A DNA stretch of 64,000 nt from an uncultured Acidobacteriaceae bacterium (GCA_963820245.1 CAWFZC010000021.1:135903-199902); one strand, 5' to 3'; shown: positions 1 to 11,013, counted from the stretch's first letter. A program made the numbers and translations. Notes: a model not told the origin generated them from the letters alone.

Positions 1-1363
1 CCGCCAGTTTGCGGAACCGCTGCGAACCCTTGGCCGCCGTGCCCGCATTCTGCCGCAACGCCTGCGCCAGGTCTGGGAACATGAAGTGAAGCGCTGGTGC
101 AATGCTGAACAGCAGCGTCGTCAAGAGCGAGATCCCCAGCGTGAAAAACAACACTCGCGTATCGATAGCCGCGGAATAGGGCTCTCTTCCCGGATCGGCG
201 CTCGTCATCAGATGCACCAGCACGCCGGCCACAGCCGGTGCCAGCGCCAGGCCCGCGGCGCAACCCGCAGCGCCCAGCACGCCTCCCTCTACCAGCAACT
301 GCGCCACGATCCGCCAGCGTTTGGCGCCCAGCGCATAGCGCATCGACATCTCGCGCGAACGCCCTGCCGCCCGCAGCAGCAGCAGTGTCGCCACGTTGAT
401 GGCGCACATCGCCACCAGCAGCCCTGCCATGCTCATCAGGATGATGAGCGGCGTTTTTAAATCCCCACGCTCGGGAGTAAACCCGGTCGAATCATCCAGC
501 ACCTGCAACTTCGACGTATCCAGAAAACCCTTCGCGAACCGTTCCGTGTGGTTCTTGTAAAGCGTAAGCTCATAGGCGCGCAGCGAATGCCACAGCGGCG
601 CCAGGCTCGCTTCGGCCTGCTGCTGGCTGACGCCCGGCTTCAGCCGCGCCACCAGCGTCAGCCACACTGACTTATGGTTGTTGAGGTCGTCGCGTTGCAC
701 CGTCCACGGCATCGCCACTTCCGACATGCTCACCGGAATGTATACGCCCGGCCGGTATCCGCCAATCGCCGACTGAAAACTTTCCGGCCCCACTCCCAGT
801 ATTGTGAACGGATGTCCGTTGATCAGCACTGTCTGCCCGGCAACATCACGCGATGAAGCAAAGCGCGCCTTCCAGTAGCTGTAGCTCAGCACCACCACCG
901 GGTTCGCATTTTTCGCCGTGTCATCCTGGGGCGTGATCAGGCGGCCCACCGCGGCCTTCAGCCCCAGGAGTTGAAAGTAATTCCCGCTCACGATCTCCGC
1001 GTCCTTCTCTTCGGCCTGGTTGTGCCAGCTCACGCCCACGCTCGAGCGGTCCGCCGCCAGTATCCCGGCGAACACTTGGCTCTGGTCGCGGAGGTCCTTG
1101 TACATCGGGTAGGAGAAGTAGTTCGTAATGTCTCCGCCAAAACTCGAGCCCGAACCTGAAAACGATCCGGTCCACTGGAATCGCACCAGCTCCTTCGGCC
1201 GCTCCACCGGCAGCATGCGCAGCAGCACCTGGTCGAACAGCGTAAACACAGCCGCATTGGCTCCGATGCCAAGAGCCAGCGTCAAGATCACGGTGAGCGT
1301 AAAGGCCGGCGATTTGCGCAGTTGCCGTAGCGCGTAGCGAATATCCTGAAGCAGCGAATTCAT
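1..1363 (-). CDS. ABC transporter permease, ADOP/MacB-type duplicated permease (partial, runs off the window start)
   Basis: Not in the ORF track because it has no stop within the window. Reading from ATG at 1363 gives MNSLLQDIRYALRQLRKSPAFTLTVILTLALGIGANAAVFTLFDQVLLR, the same N-terminus as the three neighbouring permeases. Confidence 0.9.
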   Translation of the reverse strand, partial: MNSLLQDIRYALRQLRKSPAFTLTVILTLALGIGANAAVFTLFDQVLLRMLPVERPKELVRFQWTGSFSGSGSSFGGDITNYFSYPMYKDLRDQSQVFAGILAADRSSVGVSWHNQAEEKDAEIVSGNYFQLLGLKAAVGRLITPQDDTAKNANPVVVLSYSYWKARFASSRDVAGQTVLINGHPFTILGVGPESFQSAIGGYRPGVYIPVSMSEVAMPWTVQRDDLNNHKSVWLTLVARLKPGVSQQQAEASLAPLWHSLRAYELTLYKNHTERFAKGFLDTSKLQVLDDSTGFTPERGDLKTPLIILMSMAGLLVAMCAINVATLLLLRAAGRSREMSMRYALGAKRWRIVAQLLVEGGVLGAAGCAAGLALAPAVAGVLVHLMTSADPGREPYSAAIDTRVLFFTLGISLLTTLLFSIAPALHFMFPDLAQALRQNAGTAAKGSQRFRKLA

Positions 1364-1388
1364 TCTTTTTCAACCTTCCGGGAAATCG

Positions 1389-3947
1389 TTATTCCGTGCG
1401 CAACGCCTGCATCGGGTCAATCGACGCCGCACGCCGTGCCGGAATGAATCCAGCCAAAGCCGCACACAACACAAGCATCAACGGCGCCCCTGTAATCGCC
1501 AGCGGATCGTAGCTGTCCACGCCATAGAGCAGCACCTTCATCAGGTAGCCCGCGTATAGAGCGGCGGGAATGCCCAGCACCAGCCCAATCAGGATCTGCA
1601 CCATCGCTCCGCGCATCACCATGTTCACCACGCTCTTGCGCGTCGCGCCCAGCGCCATGCGAATGCCAATCTCGCTCGTCCTCTGCGCAACAAAATACGA
1701 CATCACCCCGTAGAGCCCCACCGAAGCAAGCACCAGCGCCAGGATGCCGAACAGGCTCGTGAGCCGCGCAATCAGCCGCTCCTGGTTGAAGTTGCCCTCC
1801 ACCTGCGCTTCAAGCGGCTCAAAGCGGAAGATCGTCAGGTTGGGATCGATGGACGCCAACGTGCGCCTAACAAGCTGATCCACATTTTGCTGCGGGCCAT
1901 TAAAGGCGATGAGCATCGCGCTCATGTTCATCGAAGCGGACTCAGTGGAACTCATGGATGTCTCTGTGTAACCTGTGAAGGGCTGCGCGAGCGGGCGCAG
2001 GAAAACAGCACGCTGCTCCTGGCGCGGCTGGTTCATCTTGAAATCGGCAAAGACGCCCACAATTTCAAACGCGCCCGAATACTTCACATCGTCGATGCCA
2101 AAGTGCTGGCCAATCGGTTCCTTGTTTGGAAAGAACTTTTTGACAAACGTTTGGTTCACAATCGCAACCTGCGGCGAGCCCGCCGTATCCTGGTCCGTAA
2201 ATCCCCGCCCACGCACAATCGGCACGCCAATGGAATCGAGATAGTGATTGCTCACGCGTACCCATGTGGAACCGCAGTGATCGCCAGGCGCAGGTGCGCC
2301 GTGGCCTTGCGGAATCACGCACTCGCCCCAGTTGTCCCCTTCGAGCGGGCTGTACATCGCCAGGCTGAAACTCGCCACGCCTGGCAGGCTTCCGAAGCGG
2401 TCTTCCATCTGACGGTAAAGCGCGGGCAACCGGTCCGCCGCGTAGCCTGCGCCCACAGGATCAATGTGCACCACGTAACGGTTCGCGGCCTTGATGCCAA
2501 AGTCCTGGTTCTCAAGTTTGGTCAGCGACTTGGTCACCAAGATCGCCGCAGTCAGCAGCACCACTGACAACGCCGCCTGAAAAACCACCAGCGACTTTTG
2601 CGGCAGTGACGAACGGTCCTTCGTCGAGCGGTTCGCGCCGCGCAGAGCATCGGCCGGCTGCGCATGCGAGGAGAGCCAGGCCGGTCCGGCGCCGAACAGC
2701 ATGCCTGTCACCAGCGATATCAGGAAGGTGAATCCAAGGACCGTAAGCGAGGGGCTGGGATCGACGGTCATATTCTTTGCCGCAGGAAATGCCAGCGCCA
2801 GGATGGTGCGGCAGCCAAGGTAGGCAACGCCCAATCCGGCGAGTCCGCCGATCAAGCCCAGCAACAAACTCTCGGTCAGCGTCTGCACCATCACGCGCTT
2901 GCGTCCCGCACCCAGGGCCATCCGCAACGCCACACTCGAGCGCCTTGTGGTCGCACGCGCCAGCATCAGGTTGGCAATATTGGCGCAGGCGATCAGCAGC
3001 ACAACCGATGAGAGAGCCATCAGCATCTTCAGACTCTTGCCAGTTTCGCTCTGCATTTGCTGAATGCCGCCGCCACCGGGCGTCAGCACCACGTGCATGC
3101 GCGGAACCACTTGGTCGCCGCCATGAGCCATGAGATCCGATTGCGTAGCGAGCCACTGCCGCAGTGTTCCGCTTACCTTTGCCTGCAAGGCATTGATGTT
3201 GGTACCCGGACGCACGCGTCCCAATGGGTAAAGCCAGTGCGCGATTGGATGATGCAGATAGGAACTGGCTCCGTGCACGTAGGGTTCCATTTCTATAGGC
3301 ACCCAAAGCTCGGGCGGATGCGAAGACACGCGGTCTCCGAAGAATCCGGCAGGCGCAATGCCCACCACCGTGAATGGCTTGGCCTGGATATAGATCGTCG
3401 ATCCCACGATGGATCGATCTGATCCAAACTCGTTCTGCCACGCTTCGAAGCTCAGCACTGCGGTGGGAGCCGATGAAGGCGTGTCGTCACTGTCTGAGAA
3501 CACGCGGCCTGCATATGCGTTCAACCCAAGAGCTTGAAAGTAATTGCCTGAGACGAACTCGCTGTCGAGCGGCTTGGCCAGTTCGTTGCCGCGGCGCACG
3601 CTCCAGCGCTGCCCTCCTGCCTGCACAGCCGCCAGCGGTTCAAACTCTGGCGTGTTGGCTCGCAAATTGCGGTAGAGATCATAGGAGAAGATCGACATGT
3701 CGCCGGTGGTCGACGAGTCCTCGGGAAATCCGCCCTCCACGCAGCATTCATCCTTGTCGCCGATGCGATAGAGCTGCCCCGGATCCGCCACCGGCAGCGA
3801 CCGCATCAGGATCGCGTGCACCAGCGTGAAGATCGCCGAGTTCGCGCCAATGCCCAGTGCCAGCGTCAGCACAACGGTCAGCGTAAAACCCGGCGACTTG
3901 CGCAGTTGCCGCAGTGCGTATCGAATGTCGAGCCATACGTTGGTCAT
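1389..3947 (-). CDS. ABC transporter permease, ADOP family (two MacB_PCD/FtsX halves)
   Basis: 852 aa with motifs DIRYALRQLRKSPGF, LLIACANIANL, EIGIRMALGA and C-terminal RRAASIDPMQALRTE. Confidence 0.93.
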   Translation of the reverse strand: MTNVWLDIRYALRQLRKSPGFTLTVVLTLALGIGANSAIFTLVHAILMRSLPVADPGQLYRIGDKDECCVEGGFPEDSSTTGDMSIFSYDLYRNLRANTPEFEPLAAVQAGGQRWSVRRGNELAKPLDSEFVSGNYFQALGLNAYAGRVFSDSDDTPSSAPTAVLSFEAWQNEFGSDRSIVGSTIYIQAKPFTVVGIAPAGFFGDRVSSHPPELWVPIEMEPYVHGASSYLHHPIAHWLYPLGRVRPGTNINALQAKVSGTLRQWLATQSDLMAHGGDQVVPRMHVVLTPGGGGIQQMQSETGKSLKMLMALSSVVLLIACANIANLMLARATTRRSSVALRMALGAGRKRVMVQTLTESLLLGLIGGLAGLGVAYLGCRTILALAFPAAKNMTVDPSPSLTVLGFTFLISLVTGMLFGAGPAWLSSHAQPADALRGANRSTKDRSSLPQKSLVVFQAALSVVLLTAAILVTKSLTKLENQDFGIKAANRYVVHIDPVGAGYAADRLPALYRQMEDRFGSLPGVASFSLAMYSPLEGDNWGECVIPQGHGAPAPGDHCGSTWVRVSNHYLDSIGVPIVRGRGFTDQDTAGSPQVAIVNQTFVKKFFPNKEPIGQHFGIDDVKYSGAFEIVGVFADFKMNQPRQEQRAVFLRPLAQPFTGYTETSMSSTESASMNMSAMLIAFNGPQQNVDQLVRRTLASIDPNLTIFRFEPLEAQVEGNFNQERLIARLTSLFGILALVLASVGLYGVMSYFVAQRTSEIGIRMALGATRKSVVNMVMRGAMVQILIGLVLGIPAALYAGYLMKVLLYGVDSYDPLAITGAPLMLVLCAALAGFIPARRAASIDPMQALRTE

Positions 3948-3979
3948 CGCTTCTGTTCTCCGTGGGGAATTTCGAAGAG

Positions 3980-6466
3980 CTATTCGGTTCTAAGAGCCTG
4001 CATGGGTTCAATGGATGCGGCCCGGCGCGCCGGAACAACTGATGCCGCGAGCGCAAGCAGAAAGATCGAGACAGCGGCCAGAATCAAAATGTAAGGGTCC
4101 AGCGCGTTGACCTGAAAAAGTTGGCTCCGTAGCAGACGCGTGGCAAAAATCGCTCCCATCACTCCGATGGCACAACCCGCCAGGCCCAGCTTTGCGCCTG
4201 ATACAACCACGAGCCGCAATACACTTGAGCGTTTCGAACCAAGCGCCAGACGGATGGCAAGTTCATGCGTTCGCTGCGCTGCTGAAAAGGCAATGACGCT
4301 GTAGATGCCCAGCAGCGCCAGCAACACGGCCGCCGCTGCGAAACTCGAAATCACAGCCGTCGAGAACCGCCGTGATGCCTGCCCTTCCTCCACTACTCGT
4401 TCCATTGACTCCACATGGATCAGCGGAAGCTGTGGGTCAATGGAACGGAAAATGGCGCGAAGCGAATCCGCCATCTGTTCCGGTGGCAACTGTCCGCGAA
4501 TCACCATCGATCCATAAGTGCCCGTAAGCATGTCAGGGGGCGCAAATCCTGCGATTGAAGCTTTGAACTGGCTGGCCGGTGAGTACATCTGATTCAGCGT
4601 CTCGCTATCGGCCGAGGTCTGCTTGATGTCGGCGATTTCTCCCACAACGGTCATCCACGGCGTTTGACTTTCTTTCACGCCGATCTTGATGCGCTTGCCT
4701 ATCGGATCCTGCCCAGGCCAATAACGCTCGGCGAGTGTTCGGTTGACGATCGCCACCAGCGGCGAATCGGCGCGGTCGGCGTCTGTGAATGTGCGCCCCC
4801 GCAGCAGCGGGATACCCGCGGCACCAAAGTAATTGCCCATCACGCGCGAGGACCAGGCCAAGTTGAGATTGACGCCCTTGGGGGGAACGTAACCTTCCGG
4901 AACGAAGGCGTTGCTGTTGTTCCCTCCGCTGTTGGGCAGTAAGTCGGTAACGCCTACAGCTTGCACTCCCGGAAGCTGTTGCAACTTGCCCAGCAGCGTC
5001 GCATTGAACCCGTCGACCGCAGCCTGCGAAGAGTATTGCCGACGCGGCAATCCATACGCAGCAGTGAGTGCGTGGTCGGCTCGAAAGCCCATGTCCACCG
5101 AGCGTATCTTCTGAAAGCTGCGCAGCAATAGCCCTGAAGCAGTCAGCAACACAAGTGCTACTGCGAGTTCAGCGATCACCAGGATCGAACGCAGGCGCGC
5201 CTGGGCCCCACCCGATGTACCTGTCCGCCCACCCTCTTTCAAAGCATCGTTCACGCCGGTATGGGCCGCACTAATCGCTGGGATAATTCCGCACAATAGT
5301 CCGGTAAGCACCGCCAGCAGAAGCGCAAAGCCCGCAACCTTCCAGTCAAGTCCGATTGCGCTCACCCGCGGCAACGTCTCGGGCAGCAGGCTCACTCCAA
5401 CCCTAAGCAGCGCGGCCGCAATCGCCAGTCCCACCAATCCACCGCCTACACTCAGCACCAGCGCTTCAATCAGCGACTGGCGAAGAATAACCGCGCCTCT
5501 CGCGCCCAACGCCAGGCACACGGATAACTCGCGCCGGCGACGGATTACCCGCACAAGCAGCAAGCCCGCAAGATTGGCGCACGCGATAAACAGCACCACG
5601 GCAACGGCCAGGAAAAGAGTCCGCACCAAGGGACGTGCTTGCGACACCGTAGCTTCGTTGAGCGACTGCACTACCGGATGAATACGCAGAGTGCCCATGC
5701 CCGGAGGAAAACTGTGCATGATTTCCTGCGCCGCCGACTGCATATCTGCCACCGCCTGGGCGGGCGTCACGCCCGGCTTCATGCGGCCCACCATTGTGTA
5801 GTTCCAGCTTCCCGCGCCATTCACCAGTTCGCCTTGGTTAAAGCTCATCGGCACCCAAAGGTCGCTGCGATTCAACTGCCCCGGAACTAACGGAAACTCG
5901 AAATCGCGCGGCATCACGCCAATAATCTCGTAGGCTCTGCGGTCGAGCAGAATCTTGGTTCCAAGAACGCGCGGGTCCGCGTGAAACCGGCTGTTCCACG
6001 TCTGGTAGCTGATCACCGCCACCTGCTGCCTGCCTTCATCTTCCTGCTGAGTGAAGACGCGGCCCACAACGGGCGAGACGCCCAGTACGGAAAAAACTCC
6101 GGGTGTGAGTCGCGAAGCGGGAATCTGCGCCGGATCGCCGCTGCCGGAGAGCTCAAAACTCGTTTGCTGGAATGCGCCCGTTCCGTCGAACACGTGGGTG
6201 TCGCGGGCATAGACGAGTGTGGCCGGCGCGGTTACGTTAGGCGTGCCCAGGCCGAAGTCGACGCCTTCTGGAAAGTCGCCGAGGATGACCAGCCGGTCGG
6301 GCGCGGAGAACGGAAGCGGCCGCAAAAGCACGCCCTCGACAATCGAAAAGATGGCCGTAGTGGCGCCAATGCCGAAGGCCAGCGTGAGCACCGCGGTCAG
6401 CGTGAATCCCGGTGATTGACGCAACCTGCGCACTGCGTAGCGAATGTCAAGCCACAATGTGTTCAT
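3980..6466 (-). CDS. ABC transporter permease, ADOP family
   Basis: 828 aa with the same motif set; ends RRAASIEPMQALRTE. Confidence 0.93.
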   Translation of the reverse strand: MNTLWLDIRYAVRRLRQSPGFTLTAVLTLAFGIGATTAIFSIVEGVLLRPLPFSAPDRLVILGDFPEGVDFGLGTPNVTAPATLVYARDTHVFDGTGAFQQTSFELSGSGDPAQIPASRLTPGVFSVLGVSPVVGRVFTQQEDEGRQQVAVISYQTWNSRFHADPRVLGTKILLDRRAYEIIGVMPRDFEFPLVPGQLNRSDLWVPMSFNQGELVNGAGSWNYTMVGRMKPGVTPAQAVADMQSAAQEIMHSFPPGMGTLRIHPVVQSLNEATVSQARPLVRTLFLAVAVVLFIACANLAGLLLVRVIRRRRELSVCLALGARGAVILRQSLIEALVLSVGGGLVGLAIAAALLRVGVSLLPETLPRVSAIGLDWKVAGFALLLAVLTGLLCGIIPAISAAHTGVNDALKEGGRTGTSGGAQARLRSILVIAELAVALVLLTASGLLLRSFQKIRSVDMGFRADHALTAAYGLPRRQYSSQAAVDGFNATLLGKLQQLPGVQAVGVTDLLPNSGGNNSNAFVPEGYVPPKGVNLNLAWSSRVMGNYFGAAGIPLLRGRTFTDADRADSPLVAIVNRTLAERYWPGQDPIGKRIKIGVKESQTPWMTVVGEIADIKQTSADSETLNQMYSPASQFKASIAGFAPPDMLTGTYGSMVIRGQLPPEQMADSLRAIFRSIDPQLPLIHVESMERVVEEGQASRRFSTAVISSFAAAAVLLALLGIYSVIAFSAAQRTHELAIRLALGSKRSSVLRLVVVSGAKLGLAGCAIGVMGAIFATRLLRSQLFQVNALDPYILILAAVSIFLLALAASVVPARRAASIEPMQALRTE

Positions 6467-6502
6467 CGCTCACTCTCTTTCTTGTCTTTCTCGGCCATTC
6501 AA

Positions 6503-8950
6503 CTATTCGGTTCTGAGAGCCTGCATCGGCTCAATGGACGCTGCGCGCCGCGCCGGCACGAAGCATGCCGCCAGGGTAACCAGAAACAGCACGCCCGCAA
6601 CCGAGGCAACGGTGATCCAATCGACAGTTCCGACGCCAAAAAGCATTCCACTCAAGAAGCGGGTAGAAGCGAATGTAACAACGAGGCCAGCGGCCAGCCC
6701 GGCCAGGGAAAGCCACAACCCCTGCCCCAGTACCGACCGAAACACATTTGCCCGTCCTGCTCCAAGCGCCATGCGAATACCGATCTCATGGGTACGTTGC
6801 CGCGTGGTGTAAGCCACCACGCCATAAATGCCAACCGCCGCAAGAATGAGGGCCAGAAATCCAAACGCAGCGGCGAAGTCCGCGGCGATGCGCTCAAACA
6901 CATTTCCCAAACTCAGGTTCGACTTGAGCGTGCTGATGTTGTACAAGGGCAGATCGGGGTTGAGGTCGTGAATCGTTTGCTCCACAGAGGATGCGAGCGC
7001 CAACGGCTCTCCAACGGTGCGCACATGCAGGATCTGCGTACTGTCGTAATCCTGCGCCTCGGGCAGCAGCACCAGTGGAGCGGCATCGTAAACCATGCGG
7101 CGGTACTTGCCATTCGCCGCAACACCAACCACGGAGTACCACGTTCCAGCTACCTGAATTCGTTTGCCGATCGCATTCTGGCCCGGCCAATAACGATCCA
7201 CCAGAGCCTTGTTGACCACAGCCACTCGTTCCGTTTTTGAATTGTCCTGGTCGGTAATGCCCCGTCCGGCGAGCAGCGGGGTGCGAAGCGTTTCCAGATA
7301 GCCGGGACCGACTCTGCCGCGATCCACCTCCATCGATTCATGCAGGTGGGGAACGTAGCCCTCGGGCATGATGCCGTCGCTGTGCATGGTGAAACTGAGC
7401 GGCGAGAACTCCGCCAATGTCACTGACTGGACTCCGGGCAATTGTTTTACGCGAGCCAGCAGTTGGCGATCGAATTCGATGCCCTGGGCGCCGCTATAGC
7501 CCGCCGGATCGAGGTCGAATGAAATGAGCAGAACCTTGTTCGGATCGAAACCGGGATCGGCGTGCTGTGCATTTCGCAGGCTGCGGACAAAGAGTCCCGC
7601 GCAGGTGAGCAGCAAGAGCGACAATGCGATTTGCGCAATCACAAGGCCTCTGGTGAGACGCGATTTGGAAAGCCCGCCCGACGTGCTGAGCGCTTCGTCT
7701 TTCAGCACCGATACCGGTGAAAGGCTTGAGGCGCGCAGTGCGGGAATCAGGCCGGAGACCGCGGCAGTAAAAGCGGAGACAAGAAGTGTGACGAGCAAAA
7801 CCGTTCCATTGACGTGTCCGTTGATGGCGATTGGCAACGTGGCGGGAGGAAGAAAGTAGCCAAGCGTGTGCGCCGTCCACATGGTGACCAGCAATGCCAG
7901 CATGCCTCCGGACAGGGCAATGAACAGGTTTTCGATCAGCAACTGGCGTACGATCCGCCAGCGGCCGGCGCCCATGGACATGCGAATGGCCATCTCGCGG
8001 CGACGCGCCACCGAACGCACAAGCAGAAGGTTGGCTACGTTGGCGCAGGCCAGCAGCAACAGCACAGCGGCCAGCGCCAGCAGAATGGGTAACGTTCCAT
8101 ACATATAGACGTTCGCGCCAAACGGCGACCGCCACAAGGGATCGCTGGAGATCTGGTTGGGCCCCTGGTGCTCTGCCGGAAAGCGGCTGATAATGCGCTG
8201 CATGGCAACGTTCAGTTCGCTCACGGCCTGGTCTGCATCGACACCCGGCTTCAGTTTTCCGAGCACGTTGAGCCAGGAAACACCGCGATCGTTGATCCGG
8301 TTCGATCCCCAGATCTTTGGATCCATCCCCAGCGGAATCCAGACGTCGGCGCGAAGGCCGGTCTTGCATCCATGAAAACCTCTGGGCGCAACGCCGACAA
8401 CGGTGTACGGATGGAGGTTGATCTGGATGATTCTGCCGACGATTGCAGGATCGCCGCCAAAGCGATTCTGCCAGAGATCGTAGTTGAGCACCACCTCTGC
8501 CACTCCGGTTCGTTCGTTGCTGAGTGTAGGCAGGAGCGTTCTGCCCAGGATCGGATGGACACCTAGAACCTCAAAATAATTTGACGTCGCCAGCACTCCA
8601 TAGACGCGCTCCGGCTGGCCCTCCCCGGTAATGGCCATGTAGTCGTCGTGGTAGCCCATCAGGCCGGAAAAGCTGCGCGTGCTGTCTCGCAGGTCCACCA
8701 AGTCCAGGTAAGAAAACGGAGGGGTGGGATGCTCGCTACGCTCTCCACGCATGATCGTAATCATGTCGCTGGTGTGTCCGATCCCCGGAATGGGATCCAG
8801 CAGCGTCGAGTTGATCCAGCTGAAAATTGTCAGATTGGCCGCAATGCCCAGTGCCAGCGTGCCCACGGCCAGAGCCGTGAATCCGGGATTCTTGCGTAGC
8901 TGGCGCAAGGCGAAACGCAGATCGTGCAATGCGTTCTGGAACACCATCAC
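6503..8950 (-). CDS. ABC transporter permease, ADOP family
   Basis: 815 aa with the same motif set; start overlaps the ATPase stop codon (TAGTG). Confidence 0.93.
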   Translation of the reverse strand: MMVFQNALHDLRFALRQLRKNPGFTALAVGTLALGIAANLTIFSWINSTLLDPIPGIGHTSDMITIMRGERSEHPTPPFSYLDLVDLRDSTRSFSGLMGYHDDYMAITGEGQPERVYGVLATSNYFEVLGVHPILGRTLLPTLSNERTGVAEVVLNYDLWQNRFGGDPAIVGRIIQINLHPYTVVGVAPRGFHGCKTGLRADVWIPLGMDPKIWGSNRINDRGVSWLNVLGKLKPGVDADQAVSELNVAMQRIISRFPAEHQGPNQISSDPLWRSPFGANVYMYGTLPILLALAAVLLLLACANVANLLLVRSVARRREMAIRMSMGAGRWRIVRQLLIENLFIALSGGMLALLVTMWTAHTLGYFLPPATLPIAINGHVNGTVLLVTLLVSAFTAAVSGLIPALRASSLSPVSVLKDEALSTSGGLSKSRLTRGLVIAQIALSLLLLTCAGLFVRSLRNAQHADPGFDPNKVLLISFDLDPAGYSGAQGIEFDRQLLARVKQLPGVQSVTLAEFSPLSFTMHSDGIMPEGYVPHLHESMEVDRGRVGPGYLETLRTPLLAGRGITDQDNSKTERVAVVNKALVDRYWPGQNAIGKRIQVAGTWYSVVGVAANGKYRRMVYDAAPLVLLPEAQDYDSTQILHVRTVGEPLALASSVEQTIHDLNPDLPLYNISTLKSNLSLGNVFERIAADFAAAFGFLALILAAVGIYGVVAYTTRQRTHEIGIRMALGAGRANVFRSVLGQGLWLSLAGLAAGLVVTFASTRFLSGMLFGVGTVDWITVASVAGVLFLVTLAACFVPARRAASIEPMQALRTE

Positions 8951-9672
8951 TACGCCTCCGCTTCGGCTTCAAGCTTTCTCAGCTCATTCTCCGAAACAAC
9001 CTTCCCGTCGAAAAGGTGCACTTCGCGCTCCGCGTGCCGCGCAAACCGCGGATCGTGCGTCACCATGCAGATCGTCGAGCCCTCGCGATGCAGATCGGCC
9101 AGCAAGTGCATCACCGCCTCGCCGTTCTTCGAGTCCAGGTTGCCCGTCGGCTCATCGGCCAGCAGAATCGACGGCGATCCCGCGAGCGCGCGCGCCACGG
9201 CCACGCGCTGCTGTTGGCCGCCCGACAACTGCGCCGGATAATGCTTCATGCGGTGCGCCATGTTCACCCGCTCCAGCGCATCCTTCACCCGCTTCTTCCG
9301 CTCTGCCGACGGCATGCCCGCACGATAGGTCAGCGGCAGTTCCACGTTCTCTTCCACCGTCAGGTCGCCAATCAAATTGAAGCTCTGAAAGATGAACCCG
9401 ATCTCCTGGTTCCTGATCCGCGACCGCTCCGCGAAGCTCAGGTTCTCCACCGGGTTGTTGTTCAGCAGATAGCGGCCGCCCGTAGGCGTATCCAGCAACC
9501 CCAGAATCGACAGCAGCGTTGACTTGCCGCAGCCCGAAGGTCCCGACATCGCCACATACTCGCCGCGCGCAATCGTCAGGTGAATGCCCGAGAGTGCGTG
9601 TGTCTCCACTTCGTCGGTGTAAAAGATCTTGGTCAGATCCTCAATCTCAATCAAGTTGCCATTCGATCCCAT
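8950..9672 (-). CDS. ABC transporter ATP-binding protein (MacB/LolD-like)
   Basis: Walker A GPSGCGKS, signature LSGGQQQRV, Walker B ILLADEPTGNLD. Confidence 0.95.
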   Translation of the reverse strand: MGSNGNLIEIEDLTKIFYTDEVETHALSGIHLTIARGEYVAMSGPSGCGKSTLLSILGLLDTPTGGRYLLNNNPVENLSFAERSRIRNQEIGFIFQSFNLIGDLTVEENVELPLTYRAGMPSAERKKRVKDALERVNMAHRMKHYPAQLSGGQQQRVAVARALAGSPSILLADEPTGNLDSKNGEAVMHLLADLHREGSTICMVTHDPRFARHAEREVHLFDGKVVSENELRKLEAEAEA

Positions 9673-9710
9673 GCCACTCTCCTTCGTGATTTCGAACTGC
9701 TTTTGCTTTT

Positions 9711-9741
9711 CTGATCACTGATCACTGACCACTGATCACTG
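9711..9741. repeat. Heptamer tandem repeat (CTGATCA) x4
   Basis: Intergenic CTGATCA CTGATCA CTGACCA CTGATCA CTG. Confidence 0.85.
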
Positions 9742-9744
9742 TTT

Positions 9745-11013
9745 TCAATCCAGCTTGATCCGGTCCACGCTATCCCACCGCGACATATCGGAAAGGATCA
9801 CCTGGTCGCCTTCCTTCAATCCCTCCAGCACTTGGATGTCGTTCACCGACGCGCGGCCCACCTTCACCGGCACACGGGTCGCGCCCTTGCCGTCGGCATC
9901 AATCTTGAACAGCGTCACCGTCGAGTTCTCGTTGCCAAGCGCCGGCCGGCCCACATAAATCACATCCTTCATCCGCTCCAGGTCAATGGTTCCGTCCACG
10001 CTCAGTTGTGGAACGGCGCCCGGCGGCAATGGCCCATCAAGATCTACGTCAACGGTGCGCGTTCCGTTCACTACTGAGGGATCAATTCTGGTCACGTGTC
10101 CCGGAATCACGCCATTGTGTGTATCAATCGATGCCGGCTGCCCGATCTGAATATCGCGCGCCTGCGTCTCGGCAATCTGCAGCGCCGCCTTCAGCTTGTC
10201 CAGCTGGATCACCTCGGCCACCGACGTTCCCGCCGTCACATGCTGGCCCACCTGCACCGGTGTCGCCAATGGAGCAAGCGAGCCGGAAATCCCCGCCCTC
10301 ACCTGCAACGCGGCCGCCTGCCGCTGATACAAATTCAACAGTGCCTGGGCCTGGTCGATCTTCGTCTTCTGCGATGCCAGCTGAACCTCGATCGCCTTTT
10401 GATTCACGTCCAGCTGCTGCTGGCTCAGCTGGTGCTGCGTCGTCAACTGGTCCGCCGTGCCTTTCGACTTCTGATACGCCAGACCCGAAATCACGCCCAG
10501 GTCGTAGAGCGCCTTGTCCGTCTGCGCCTGCAACTGGTCCTGCGAGTAGTCCGCGCTCACCTGCGCCGCCGCGGTCTTTTTGTCCATCAGCGTGCTTTGC
10601 AGCGTCGCCTGCAGGCTCTTGTAGTCCGCTTCCGCCGCCTTCACCGCGAGCTGCGCGTTCAGCACCTCCTGCTCCAGTTGCGGATCGGTCATGTCCATCA
10701 GGATTGTGTCCGGCGTAACCATCGTGCCGGGCAGCACGCGAATGCGCACCACCGTCGCGTCAGTCTGCGCCGGAATCAGCTCGATCGAGTCCTCGCGTGG
10801 AACAAGGCTGCCGGTCGACGCCCGCACCTGCCGCACCAGCGGCCCTCGCTTCACCACATCGGTCCACACAGTAGACCGGTCGACTGTGGGCGCTGCCGGC
10901 TTCAGCCGCGAAACGGCAAATACCAACCCCGCAACAACCACAACCCCAACGCCAGCCCAGATCATCAGCTGGCGATTCCTCTTCTTCTTTAAGTCGGGAC
11001 GCGCGATATCCAT
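9745..11013 (-). CDS. Efflux periplasmic adaptor subunit (HlyD/MacA-like)
   Basis: N-terminal TM helix, long coiled coil and lipoyl-like halves; first gene of the ABC operon. Likely start is ATG 11013 (MDIARP). Confidence 0.88.
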   Translation of the reverse strand: MDIARPDLKKKRNRQLMIWAGVGVVVVAGLVFAVSRLKPAAPTVDRSTVWTDVVKRGPLVRQVRASTGSLVPREDSIELIPAQTDATVVRIRVLPGTMVTPDTILMDMTDPQLEQEVLNAQLAVKAAEADYKSLQATLQSTLMDKKTAAAQVSADYSQDQLQAQTDKALYDLGVISGLAYQKSKGTADQLTTQHQLSQQQLDVNQKAIEVQLASQKTKIDQAQALLNLYQRQAAALQVRAGISGSLAPLATPVQVGQHVTAGTSVAEVIQLDKLKAALQIAETQARDIQIGQPASIDTHNGVIPGHVTRIDPSVVNGTRTVDVDLDGPLPPGAVPQLSVDGTIDLERMKDVIYVGRPALGNENSTVTLFKIDADGKGATRVPVKVGRASVNDIQVLEGLKEGDQVILSDMSRWDSVDRIKLD

